DNA of 47,520 nucleotides from an uncultured Thermoanaerobaculia bacterium (GTDB taxonomy: Bacteria; Acidobacteriota; Thermoanaerobaculia; Thermoanaerobaculales; Sulfomarinibacteraceae). Below are positions 20,632 through 29,625 of the stretch, piece by piece; position 1 is the first letter of the stretch; every line of letters begins with the position of its first letter. The stretch spans positions 15,826 to 63,345 of the forward strand of contig CAYRFI010000011.1 of the NCBI GenBank assembly GCA_964423595.1. Direction: 5' to 3'. Under the pieces are notes generated by a model that did no database searches, had not been told where the DNA came from, and was given only the letters and a program-made list of their open reading frames with translations. The position numbers and the translations under genes were made by a program.

Positions 20632-20806
20632 GCTCGCACCTCCATCAGTCCAGTCATCCGATCCGCTGCACCTGATGCACGGACAGCGGCTCGCACAGAT
20701 TCCTCATTCGATTGTACATCGAATCCGTCCAACACTTCCTCCGGCATTCCGCGGCGGAGTTCACGAGAGACCCGGAATCCACAATCACACTCGCTGTGTT
20801 CCCTCA

Positions 20807-22063
20807 ATGAGGACCTTGATGATTCGATTTTACGCGATCCTTCTGGCAGCAACATTGGTGACTTTTCTGGCGGCGGCGGGGCCCATCTGGGGTGGTGTCG
20901 AAGAATCCGGTTCATTCCTCAAAAGGACCCCTGATCCGAGCCGGGTCAACGTCACGATCGAGCTGGTTGTCAACGGGCTCGAACGGCCCGTCGCCGTACG
21001 TGCCGCGGGCGACGGCAGCGGGCGGTTGTTCATCGTCGAACAACCTGGACGTATTCGGATCGTCGATAGGGGCATTTTGCTATCAACCCCGTTCCTCGAT
21101 ATCACGAATCGTGTACGAGACTCCTCCAACGAACAGGGTTTACTCGGTTTGGCCCTTCACCCGGACTATGCGAGTAACGGACGGTTTTTTGTCAATTACA
21201 CCGATCTGTCCGGCGACACGGTGGTCGCCGAGTACTCGCGCTCTGACGGAGACCCAAATCTATCGAACTCGATGTCGGAGGCAATCATCATCACCATCCA
21301 GCAGCCGTATGCGAACCACAACGGCGGCGATCTCGCATTCGGTCCGGACGGTTATCTGTGGATCGCGACCGGAGACGGCGGTAACGGGGGCGATCCCCAG
21401 GGTAACGGCCAGAAACCCGAAACACTCCTGGGCAAGCTCTTGAGAGTGGACGTCGACAACGGTTCGACCTACACCATCCCACCCGACAACCCGTTCGTGA
21501 ACGACCCGATGGCGAGAAACGAGATATGGGCTCTGGGCCTGCGAAACCCGTGGCGCATCAGCTTCGATCGGTTGACGGGGGACCTCTACATCGGTGACGT
21601 CGGGCAGGGTTCGTGGGAGGAAATTGATTTCGAAGCGAGGACGAACCCGGGCGGACGCAATTACGGCTGGAACACGATGGAGGGAAGCCACTGTTTTGGG
21701 AGCTTCCCGTGCTCGACCGAAGGTCTGACCCTCCCGGCCGCCGAATACAGCCACGCCCTGGGCTGCGCTGTCACCGGAGGCTATGTTTATAGAGGCACGC
21801 GTTTTCCGGCGCTCCGCGGGCTTTATCTCTATGGCGACTTTTGCAGTGGAATTGTCTGGGCGTTGGCCCGGTCAGCCTCCGGCGATTGGACGGCGGCGGA
21901 AGTTGGTCAGACCGGGGCGTCGATCTCGAGCTTCGGCGAAGACGAGAGCGGCGAGCTCTACCTTACGGATCTCTGGACCGGCTCCGTGTACCTCGTCACC
22001 GGAAGAGCTCTGCCTCCAGCTCCGAGAAGGCCTTCAGGGCGCGTCCCGTCGGGATCGAGATAG
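20807..22063 (+). CDS. PQQ-dependent sugar dehydrogenase (glucose/sorbosone dehydrogenase family), secreted
   Basis: Signal peptide, EQGLLGLALHP, NHNGG.LAFGPDG, GDGG, GLRNPWR, DVGQ, NYGW, SSFGED. Confidence 0.9.
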   Translation: MRTLMIRFYAILLAATLVTFLAAAGPIWGGVEESGSFLKRTPDPSRVNVTIELVVNGLERPVAVRAAGDGSGRLFIVEQPGRIRIVDRGILLSTPFLDITNRVRDSSNEQGLLGLALHPDYASNGRFFVNYTDLSGDTVVAEYSRSDGDPNLSNSMSEAIIITIQQPYANHNGGDLAFGPDGYLWIATGDGGNGGDPQGNGQKPETLLGKLLRVDVDNGSTYTIPPDNPFVNDPMARNEIWALGLRNPWRISFDRLTGDLYIGDVGQGSWEEIDFEARTNPGGRNYGWNTMEGSHCFGSFPCSTEGLTLPAAEYSHALGCAVTGGYVYRGTRFPALRGLYLYGDFCSGIVWALARSASGDWTAAEVGQTGASISSFGEDESGELYLTDLWTGSVYLVTGRALPPAPRRPSGRVPSGSR

Positions 22064-23029
22064 CTATCGGTTATCAGCTTTCGATGGAGGTATTCGAAGT
22101 AGGAGCGTTCGTGTCTCTCCCGGCGGTGGTAAGGGATCATGTATCACGCCGGTGACAGCGTTGTCAGCCACCAGCCACAGCGATCCGTCGCCGCTGACGG
22201 CAATCCCTTCGACGTTGTTGGACCACCCCTCCCTTGCAAGAACTCTAAGGAGCCTCGTTGGATTCAGCAGCACCACGGTGTCTCCGGTCTCGAGGTCGAC
22301 AGTCACGACCTCGTACCGCATGCCCGGGAATTGGGTCCTGAGGGCGATAAGCCCTCCTTCCCACCAGGCGAGCCCCGTCAATCGCCAGGTGCAGTCCTCG
22401 AGCTGCACGTCGATTGGATCGCCGTCGGAGAGGAGGGCGCCATCGGTCCGCTGGAGGTCCCAGATCCTCGACACGCAGCCGGTTTCCTCGGTGCCGCTCC
22501 GCTCGAGTAGGAGGTAGACCGTGCCGTCCTCAGGATTGACCTCGATCCCTTCGAAGCCGGTTTTCCCGCCGTGAACGTCGACTCCTTCGAGAGTGAGGGT
22601 TTCAGCCGGCAGCGCGTGTGCCGGCGGGGACTCGAAGACCTGTTGTTCGTTATCGATCCGCACCTCGTAAACCGCCGCGTGAGCCTCATCACACAGCAAC
22701 ACCCCCCCAGCGAACAGCGCCACTCCTTCGAGTTCCGCGTGTTGCGGCACGCCGACTCGGACAGTCTTTACATACGGGCGTCCCTGTAGGTCGATGAGGA
22801 GAAGACCTCCGTACTTTTCGGAAGACAACCAGAGGAATCGAGCCGAGGCCGCCAATCCCGATGCCTCGATGGCGAATTCCTGGGCAAAGTAGGGTTCGTC
22901 TGCATGCCACCGGACCACCTCGGCCCGGGCGATGTTCCAGGGGGGAGTCGTCTTTGGTTTTGAGGCGGTGGCCGACCGGCAGCCAGCGGCCGATGCCAGG
23001 AGCAGAAACAGAATGGTCCAGCGTCTCAT
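22064..23029 (-). CDS. Putative lipoprotein, beta-propeller (phytase-like esterase / SdiA-regulated type)
   Basis: Signal peptide with AAGC; repeated [28 protein letters not shown] blade motifs; ATGA overlap with mtnA. Confidence 0.7.
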   Translation of the reverse strand: MRRWTILFLLLASAAGCRSATASKPKTTPPWNIARAEVVRWHADEPYFAQEFAIEASGLAASARFLWLSSEKYGGLLLIDLQGRPYVKTVRVGVPQHAELEGVALFAGGVLLCDEAHAAVYEVRIDNEQQVFESPPAHALPAETLTLEGVDVHGGKTGFEGIEVNPEDGTVYLLLERSGTEETGCVSRIWDLQRTDGALLSDGDPIDVQLEDCTWRLTGLAWWEGGLIALRTQFPGMRYEVVTVDLETGDTVVLLNPTRLLRVLAREGWSNNVEGIAVSGDGSLWLVADNAVTGVIHDPLPPPGETRTLLLRIPPSKADNR

Positions 23030-24120
23030 CGGACTCGTTCCGGGAACAATGTAGCAAGTCCCTCGGCGGACGCATCGCAGAGCCCGCGTTCGGTGATCAG
23101 CCCGGTCACCAACCGCGCTGGCGTGACATCGAAGGCCCAGTTGCCTGCAGGACAACCCGGGGGAGCAACCTCAATCGATATCACCTCACCCTCGAACGTC
23201 CGACCGGACACTCGGGTGAGCTCCTCAGGAGGGCGTTCCTCGATAGGAATCTCGGCGATGCCGTCGCGCGCCGTCCAATCCACAGTGGTCGACGGGAGGC
23301 AGACGAAAAACGGCACCTGGTTGTCTCGGGCCGCGAGCGCCTTGAGATAGGTCCCGATCTTGTTGGCGACGTCACCTGCGGCAGTAGTCCGATCGGTGCC
23401 CACCAGGCACAGATCCACCATCCCGTGTTGCATGAGATGTCCGCCCGCGTTGTCCGCGATCAGAGTGTACGGCACACCGTGCGCGGCCAGCTCGTAGGCC
23501 GTGAGGGCGGCACCCTGATTGCGCGGTCGGGTCTCGTCGACCCACACGTGCACCGCCATCTTGGAGTCGTGCGCCATGTAAATCGGTGCCAGCGCGGTCC
23601 CCCAGTCGACCGTGGCCAGCCAGCCGGCGTTGCAGTGCGTCAAGATGTTGACGCTTTCTCCGCCTTTTCGGCTGGAGATCTCTTGCAGCTTGAGGAGCCC
23701 TTGCTCACCGATACGTCGGCAGATCTCGACGTCGTCGTTGCAGATGCGCGCCGCGCAGGTCCAGGCCGCGTCCGCCCTCTCGCGCTCCGGGAGCGGTGTT
23801 ACCTCTCGCGCCATCTCATCGAGAGCCCACCGCAGGTTGACTGCTGTCGGACGGGTGGCAGCGAGCATCTCCCGAGACGCTTCAAATGCATCGTCCGAGG
23901 CATCTGCGCGCAACGCGAGAGCCAACCCGTAGGCGGCGGTGGCGCCGATCAAGGGCGCTCCCCTGACTCGCATGGTCCGTATCGCCTCCGCGGCGTCCTC
24001 CACGGAATCCAACCTGCGGACTTCAAAGAAATGGGGCAATAGAGTCTGGTCGATGATCTCGACAGCCAGCCCATCTTCGGTCGGCCATATCGTCCGGTAC
24101 CAGGTATCGCCGATTCGCAT
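23026..24120 (-). CDS. mtnA: S-methyl-5-thioribose-1-phosphate isomerase
   Basis: [55 protein letters not shown]. Confidence 0.95.
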   Translation of the reverse strand: MRIGDTWYRTIWPTEDGLAVEIIDQTLLPHFFEVRRLDSVEDAAEAIRTMRVRGAPLIGATAAYGLALALRADASDDAFEASREMLAATRPTAVNLRWALDEMAREVTPLPERERADAAWTCAARICNDDVEICRRIGEQGLLKLQEISSRKGGESVNILTHCNAGWLATVDWGTALAPIYMAHDSKMAVHVWVDETRPRNQGAALTAYELAAHGVPYTLIADNAGGHLMQHGMVDLCLVGTDRTTAAGDVANKIGTYLKALAARDNQVPFFVCLPSTTVDWTARDGIAEIPIEERPPEELTRVSGRTFEGEVISIEVAPPGCPAGNWAFDVTPARLVTGLITERGLCDASAEGLATLFPERVR

Positions 24121-24192
24121 GACAAGGACTATAGCCGTTTCGCCGCGTTAAAGTCCGCGATCCTGGGACTCTCACCAATGGTCTGACGCCTC

Positions 24193-24291
24193 AACGGCTT
24201 ACGGCTCGACGGCTATGCGGCCGTGGACGGGTGGGCGGGGGAACCCGTATAGCCGTAGGGCCGCGTGCGGGTGGGCGGGTGGGCGGGTGGG
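24193..24291. repeat. 8-mer-period cassette plus G3-tract array
   Basis: acggctt acggctcg acggctat gcggccgt ... ccgtatagccgt ... GGGTGGGCGGGTGGGCGGGTGGG. Confidence 0.65.
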
Positions 24292-24356
24292 ATCGGCACG
24301 CGTATACTGCTCCGGCGCGCAAATGAGCACATGGCGCGCCCATGAAAGGAGGGTTC

Positions 24357-25688
24357 ATGTCACGAAAATCGACAATTCTGACCCTGGTCGTCCTCGTCGG
24401 TCTCGCCGGCGCCTGCGCAAAGCAGGAGCAGGCGAGCCCCGCGGAGGAGGCATGGTCCGCGCTGGTCGAGGAATGGAGTGGGCTGGAGACGGCTCAGGAG
24501 AAGACGACACTTGCCGAGAACTATCTTGCGGAGTTTCCCGACACCGAACACAGCGGATCGATGGCGGGGGTGGTGGTCTACTACCGCGGCCACGAGATGG
24601 AGGATCCCCAGGGTGCCTACGACGTGGTCGCCTCGACCCTCGAACACGTCGAGGACCCCGAGCAGCGATTCGAAGTGAGCATGGAACTGTTCAGCCTGGC
24701 GGACTCCGTGGAGGTACCGCTCGAGTTGGCGCAGGTGGCCAACAGTCTCAGTGCGCACCGGCCACTTACATACTCCGAACATCAGCAGGTATTCGAGACG
24801 GCCGTCGATCTCGAAGAGTGGATGGTGGCTGACGAACATGCCCTCGCGGCGCTGGACATGGCCACCCCCGAGGCCTATCGAGCCGACTACCCCGATCGTG
24901 AGTTTACCGACGAGGACGTCGCCGAGCGCGTTCAAACCCGCAAGGCCGCAGCGCTCGCTTACGACGGGTGGGCGCTCTACAACATGGGTGACACCGAGCT
25001 GGCGTTCGCGCGCTTCGCCGCAGCCGACGAAGTTGGAAGCGTGAGCTTCGTCGGAGTTCCAAACACTCCGCTTTACACGTTCTGGGGCCGTGCATGGCTG
25101 GCTGAGGGAGACGTCGACTCGGCGATCGAGAAGCTCGGCGCCGAAGCGGCGTTCGGCAGTGACGGTTCAGGTGCCGAGGTCTATCTTCGCGAGGCCTATG
25201 CGGCCAAGAATGGCGACGAAGAAGGCTTTGACGAGTTCCTTTGGGCCACCCGCAATCGGCTCGCCACCACGGTCGCCGACTTCACGCTCCTCGACTACGA
25301 GGGAAACACAGTCAGGATGGCGGATGTGAGCACCGGAAAGGTGACATTGCTCGCCTTCTGGTTCCCCACGTGAGGCGGCTGCCGCGTGGAGTTGCCACGC
25401 CTGCAACCGTTGTATGAGCAGTACAAAGACCAGGGCTTCGAGGTCATTGCCGTCGAGGCCAAACGAGACACCGAACGCGCAAAGAAGTTCATCGAAGAAA
25501 AAGGCCTCACATACACGATGCTCGAAAACGCCGAGGACGACGAAGAAATTGTCGGTTCGATCTTCAAGGTTCGTTCCTTCCCGTCGTCATTCCTGATTGA
25601 TCGTGACGGCAAAGTGATGTACTTCCATCTCGGATTCGAAGCCGGCGATGAAGAGCATCTCGAGGACGAGATCAAGACTCTGCTGTAG
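24357..25688 (+). CDS. Lipoprotein selenoprotein: TPR-like helical region plus TlpA/AhpC-TSA thioredoxin-like domain with UxxC (UGA 25371-25373 read as Sec)
   Basis: ORFs 24342-25373 and 25386-25688 are in one frame. The joined text is ...DFTLLDYEG...GKVTLLAFWFPT-U-GG-C-RVELPRLQ...FPSSFLIDRDGKV, a complete TlpA domain. SD AGGAGG precedes ATG 24357; LAGAC lipobox-like motif. Confidence 0.85.
25374..25408 (+). promoter_or_regulatory. Putative bacterial SECIS element
   Basis: Stem gcgtgg(25384-25389)/ccacgc(25395-25400) with AGUUG loop starting 16 nt after the UGA; lower pairs tgc/gca. Confidence 0.7.
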
Positions 25689-25715
25689 CTGTAGCAGATT
25701 TCGAATTTGCCCCTG

Positions 25716-25738
25716 CCCGCCCCGGGTGGGGGTTTTTT
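25716..25738 (+). terminator. Probable intrinsic terminator
   Basis: cccgcc-ccg-ggtggg stem followed by gg and T6, just after the redoxin gene. Confidence 0.55.
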
Positions 25739-25778
25739 CGTCCCGGTTATTGGATTGATTCTGCTGACGGCAAATATA

Positions 25779-25966
25779 TTGAAAACGCAAAGACGCCAAG
25801 AGCGCGAAGAAGACGCAAAGGAAATATTTTGAGTTTTTTTTCGCGACAGTCTTTGCGCTCTTCGCGTCTTCGCGGTTCCAACGTGATTGCGGCTCAGGAG
25901 AGCCTTCTACAGAATTTCATTCTTCCGAGACTTCCTAGCCGTCAAGCCGTATGGCCGTATGGCCCC
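25779..25966. repeat. Composite intergenic element, copy 2 (inverted relative to copy 1)
   Basis: ttgaaaacgcaaagacgccaagagcgcgaag ... ctttgcgctcttcgcgtcttcgcggttccaa, followed by spacer and a gccgtcaagccgtatggccgtatggcc array. Confidence 0.8.
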
Positions 25967-25986
25967 TTCCGAGCGATAATCGCCCC

Positions 25987-26409
25987 ATGCTCCGAATCAA
26001 CAACGACCTGTGGATTGACGAGGACGAACTCCGCTTCGAGTTTTCTCGCAGTTCGGGACCGGGGGGGCAGAACGTCAACAAGGTCGAGACTAAGGTCCGC
26101 CTGCTTTTCGATCTTCGAGGGTCCCGCTCCTTGAGTTCGGAGCAGCGTGCACGAATCGAGGAGCGCCTCTCCACCCGCATCACCAAGGGTGGGGTTCTCC
26201 ACGTGTCATCCCAGCGCCACCGCACCCGCGAAGCCAACCGCCGCGCAACCATCGAGCGGTTCGTCGATCTGCTCGCCGAGGCCCTCGAGAAGGAGGAACC
26301 GCGTGTACGCACGAGGGTGCCGAAGGCGGCGAGCAAGCGCCGGTTGGAATCGAAACGGCGGCGGGCGCAGAAGAAGGCGATGCGAGCGCGGCCCGGCGAA
26401 GAGGATTGA
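25987..26409 (+). CDS. arfB: Alternative ribosome rescue peptidyl-tRNA hydrolase ArfB (YaeJ)
   Basis: FSRSSGPGGQNVNKVET, SQRHRT...NR, basic tail RRLESKRRR..KK.MR. Confidence 0.92.
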   Translation: MLRINNDLWIDEDELRFEFSRSSGPGGQNVNKVETKVRLLFDLRGSRSLSSEQRARIEERLSTRITKGGVLHVSSQRHRTREANRRATIERFVDLLAEALEKEEPRVRTRVPKAASKRRLESKRRRAQKKAMRARPGEED

Positions 26410-26447
26410 ACTCGAAGCGTCTTCGCGCCTCTCCCTTCGGCGAGGAA

Positions 26448-26529
26448 GGTGCCACCCTTCACATTGTTTGAATTCATCGCCTCCCAATCGAGTAACGGCT
26501 TCAGGGCAAACAATGTGAAGAGTGGCACC
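26448..26529. repeat. 23-bp inverted repeat with 36-nt spacer
   Basis: ggtgccacccttcacattgtttg (26448-26470) and caaacaatgtgaagagtggcacc (26507-26529): 22 of 23 positions complementary. Confidence 0.85.
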
Positions 26530-26594
26530 AGTGTCAACGACGCAGCAAGGCGCCCATGATAGGCGGTATCCGGGCACGTGCACGGAGACGGGTC

Positions 26595-26843
26595 CTACTC
26601 GAGGCCGAGCTCGGCAAATGTCGAAGACTGGCCGCGGAAACCGATCGAGACGCGCTCGTGGTCGGCGACGACCGGGAGCCGGTGCTCCCAGATCAGCTCT
26701 TGAAGGTGGGCCATCTCGTCAGGCTCGCGCCTGAGATTGATCTCGCGGTAAACGACCCCTCGCAGATCGAAGTCCTCGCACAGCGCACGGCAATGCGGAC
26801 ATCCGTCGGCAGTGAAAACGAGAATAGTATCGAGCGCGACCAT
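26595..26843 (-). CDS. Glutaredoxin-like protein
   Basis: ILVFTADGCPHC, RGVVYREINL, LPVV, IGF; start uncertain. Confidence 0.8.
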   Translation of the reverse strand: MVALDTILVFTADGCPHCRALCEDFDLRGVVYREINLRREPDEMAHLQELIWEHRLPVVADHERVSIGFRGQSSTFAELGLE

Positions 26844-26863
26844 CCTACCCGCCCACCACTCGC

Positions 26864-26968
26864 GAATCAGGAATGAGGAATTCTGAATGAGGAATTCCCA
26901 CCCCTCCTCCCCAGAATCCGACAGGCGGGAGGGCGGCATTCCTCATTCCTAATTCTTCATTCCTCATT
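26864..26968. repeat. 7-mer-period head-to-head cassette (gaatgag)5 ... (cattcct)4
   Basis: gaatcag gaatgag gaattct gaatgag gaattcc at 26864-26898; cattcct cattcct aattctt cattcct at 26937-26964. Confidence 0.75.
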
Positions 26969-27928
26969 ATCTGAGACGAGACCTTGCATATCTCCAAGGT
27001 CAGCGGTGCCCGGCTCCATCTCGCGGAGAACACGGGGATCGTCCCGCCAGCGGGGGTGGACCTTGACCCGCAGCCCGAGGTAGATCTCGGTGCCGAGCAC
27101 CCTCTCGAGCTCCTCGCGCGCAGCCTGACCGACATCGCGAATCATGCGCCCACCCTTACCGATGACGATGCCCTTCTGGCTCTTGCGTTCGACGTATATC
27201 ACTGCCTCGATATGGAGAACCCGGCCGCTCTCGTCAAAGAGGTCGACGACCACGCCGGTGGTGTAGGGCAGCTCGTTGCGGGTCCTCTCGAGGAGCTTTT
27301 CCCGAATCACCTCGGCTACGAAAAACCGCTCGGTCTGTGTCGTCGTGAGATCGGCAGCGTAAAACGACGGTTCCGCGGGCAACCCGTCGAAGAGTTCACC
27401 CAACAGCTCTTGCAGCCCGTCCCCTGTGATCGCCGAGATCGGGACCACAGGTGTTTCGGGCCGGCGCTCTGCGTATCGTTCGATCAACGGCAGGAGATCG
27501 GTTTTGGCCCGCAGGAGGTCGATCTTCGTCAGCACCCCCAGGACCCACGGACGAATCGAATCCAAGAGGTCGAAGAGATACTCCTCACCGCCACCCCAGG
27601 ATACGGACGAGTCCACCAGGTGCATCACGACATCGACCTCGTCGAGCGCCGATCGTACTTCCTGCATCATGCGGGTGTTCATCTTGTGGAGTGGCTTGTG
27701 GACCCCCGGGAGATCGAAGAAGACCGCCTGACCTCTCTCCTCGGTGAGAATGCCGATGATTCGATTGCGGGTGGTCTGAGGTTTGTCGGACACGATCGCA
27801 ATCTTGTCGCCGATGAATGCGTTGAGGAGCGTACTCTTACCGGCGTTCGGCCTCCCCACCAGCGCCACCGTGCCCGAACGAAGCTCTCCATCATCAGGAT
27901 TCAGCGATGAGGGTGCCGATTCCGCCAT
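26957..27928 (-). CDS. era: GTPase Era
   Basis: GRPNAGKSTL, KPQTTR, DLPG, TKID, EVIREK..ELPY, KH domain SQKGIVIGKGG. Confidence 0.95.
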   Translation of the reverse strand: MAESAPSSLNPDDGELRSGTVALVGRPNAGKSTLLNAFIGDKIAIVSDKPQTTRNRIIGILTEERGQAVFFDLPGVHKPLHKMNTRMMQEVRSALDEVDVVMHLVDSSVSWGGGEEYLFDLLDSIRPWVLGVLTKIDLLRAKTDLLPLIERYAERRPETPVVPISAITGDGLQELLGELFDGLPAEPSFYAADLTTTQTERFFVAEVIREKLLERTRNELPYTTGVVVDLFDESGRVLHIEAVIYVERKSQKGIVIGKGGRMIRDVGQAAREELERVLGTEIYLGLRVKVHPRWRDDPRVLREMEPGTADLGDMQGLVSDNEE

Positions 27929-27937
27929 GTGTAAGAC

Positions 27938-29203
27938 TTATTCCGACGCATCCGCGTCGGGATGCGCCTTTATTTTTCTGGCCGTCACGCTGACAATGCG
28001 GCGCTCATCCATCTCATCGACGGTGAATACGAGGCCGTGGGCCTCGTCGACGACCTCGGTGCAGGCCTCAGGCACGGTTCCGTGGCGCGCAAAGACCAGA
28101 CCGCCGACTGTGTCCACGTCGTCCTCTACGACCTCCACACCTAACAGCTCCTGGAGTACCTCCAGCGACGCACGACCCTGGAGCCGATAGACGCCTGGGC
28201 TCAGCTCCTGCCACTCGGGCGGCGATTTGTGATCGTGCTCATCCTCGATTTCGCCGACGATCTCTTCGAGGATGTCCTCGAGGGTCACGAGCCCTGAGGT
28301 TCCCCCGTACTCGTCGACCACGATCGCCAGCTGCTGGAACTCCCGCTGAAAGTCGCTCAGGAGCTCACCGAGCGGTTTGCTCTCCGGCACCACCAAACAC
28401 TCCCGGCAGAGCTCAGCCACTGTCGGCTCGTCGCCCTCGAGGCGGTGCTCGACGAGGTCTTTGACGTGAACTACTCCGGCGATCCGATCGACGGTCTCGT
28501 GATACACGGGGATCCGGCTCTTGCGGCTTTCGGCGAAGACACGCAGCACATCCCGAAAGCCGGTGTCGTCGGACACCGCCACCATCTCGGTTCGAGGGGT
28601 CATCACCTCGCGCACCACAGTGTCGAAGAAGTCCACCAGCGACTCGACGAACTCGCCCTCTTCACTCTCGAAAATGCCCGCCTCAGCGCCGGCTTCGAGA
28701 TAAGCCTGGATTTCGGCCTCGCTCGCCTCTTCCTCCGGGTCCTCGAGCGGTTGGGTTGCGACCGAGGAGCCGCGTCTAATAAGCACCGACACGAATGGTG
28801 TGGCGAGCGGCCTGACAACACGCAAGAGAACGGTAATCATGTCCTCCGACAGTGGCCGAAAGACAAAATGGGCGGCGCCGATCAGGACCACCGGCAGGGC
28901 AATTGCCGCTGCCAATCTCTCACCCCCGGCGACACCAGGGATACGCGCGACGGCCAGCCACAAAGCACCAAGCAGCGCGAGTTGCAGCCAGCGGGCAACG
29001 TCGATGACATGCGAGATCTGTGCGCCCGTCTTGCCTCGGAAGAGATTCGGATTCTCCTGGAGAATCCCCTGGAAGCGGACGTTGCCAAGCTCGGCGAGTG
29101 ACCGCAAGAGAAGTTCAGACGCGGCAAACAGCGTCGATAGGACGGTAACGACAAGCGCCACCGTCACCGGGTGGCTCAGCCATACAGCGAGAACCGTCCT
29201 CAT
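27938..29203 (-). CDS. HlyC/CorC (CNNM-CBS-CorC) family protein
   Basis: N-terminal TMs, [44 protein letters not shown], CorC domain DTVGGLV. Confidence 0.9.
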   Translation of the reverse strand: MRTVLAVWLSHPVTVALVVTVLSTLFAASELLLRSLAELGNVRFQGILQENPNLFRGKTGAQISHVIDVARWLQLALLGALWLAVARIPGVAGGERLAAAIALPVVLIGAAHFVFRPLSEDMITVLLRVVRPLATPFVSVLIRRGSSVATQPLEDPEEEASEAEIQAYLEAGAEAGIFESEEGEFVESLVDFFDTVVREVMTPRTEMVAVSDDTGFRDVLRVFAESRKSRIPVYHETVDRIAGVVHVKDLVEHRLEGDEPTVAELCRECLVVPESKPLGELLSDFQREFQQLAIVVDEYGGTSGLVTLEDILEEIVGEIEDEHDHKSPPEWQELSPGVYRLQGRASLEVLQELLGVEVVEDDVDTVGGLVFARHGTVPEACTEVVDEAHGLVFTVDEMDERRIVSVTARKIKAHPDADASE

Positions 29204-29625
29204 GACAATAGTTCCTGCCGCAGTTTCAGTTCGATCTCGTTCATCTCTCCCTGGTCTCGCACATGATCATAGCCCAGCAGGTGCAGGGTTCCGTGCAGGG
29301 CCAGCTCACAGAGCTCGCGAATCTCGCCATGTCCGAGGGCCTCGGCCTGACGCCGGGCGCTGTCACGAGAGATGATGATCTCACCGAGAAGGCGTCGCCC
29401 GGACGGCAGATCGTCACCGTCCGGAAACGAGAGGACATCGGTCGCCCGGTCGATATTGCGGAACCGCCGATTCAGCTCGCGTATGGTCTGGTCGCTGGTG
29501 AGAACGAGGTGGACCTCGGCATTCTCTGTGCCCAATCGCCCGAGACAGTTGGAAATCACCTCTCGCAACGCTTTAGCTGCCGGCTGAGCCGGCCTTCGAT
29601 CCCACCTGATGTGGACCCGTGTCAC
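29200..29625 (-). CDS. ybeY: rRNA maturation endoribonuclease YbeY
   Basis: LNRRFR..D.ATDVLSF, LGEIII, HGTLHLLGYDH; probable GTG start inside the end of the HD gene. Confidence 0.92.
   Translation of the reverse strand: MTRVHIRWDRRPAQPAAKALREVISNCLGRLGTENAEVHLVLTSDQTIRELNRRFRNIDRATDVLSFPDGDDLPSGRRLLGEIIISRDSARRQAEALGHGEIRELCELALHGTLHLLGYDHVRDQGEMNEIELKLRQELLS

Noticed and set aside
25371-25373. Pseudogene-causing nonsense codon
   Set aside because: It sits at the catalytic Cys position with a SECIS-like hairpin and an intact downstream frame, which favours selenocysteine.
26448-26529. CRISPR-like repeat with 36-nt spacer
   Set aside because: The two repeats are inverted rather than direct, there are only two, and there are no cas genes.
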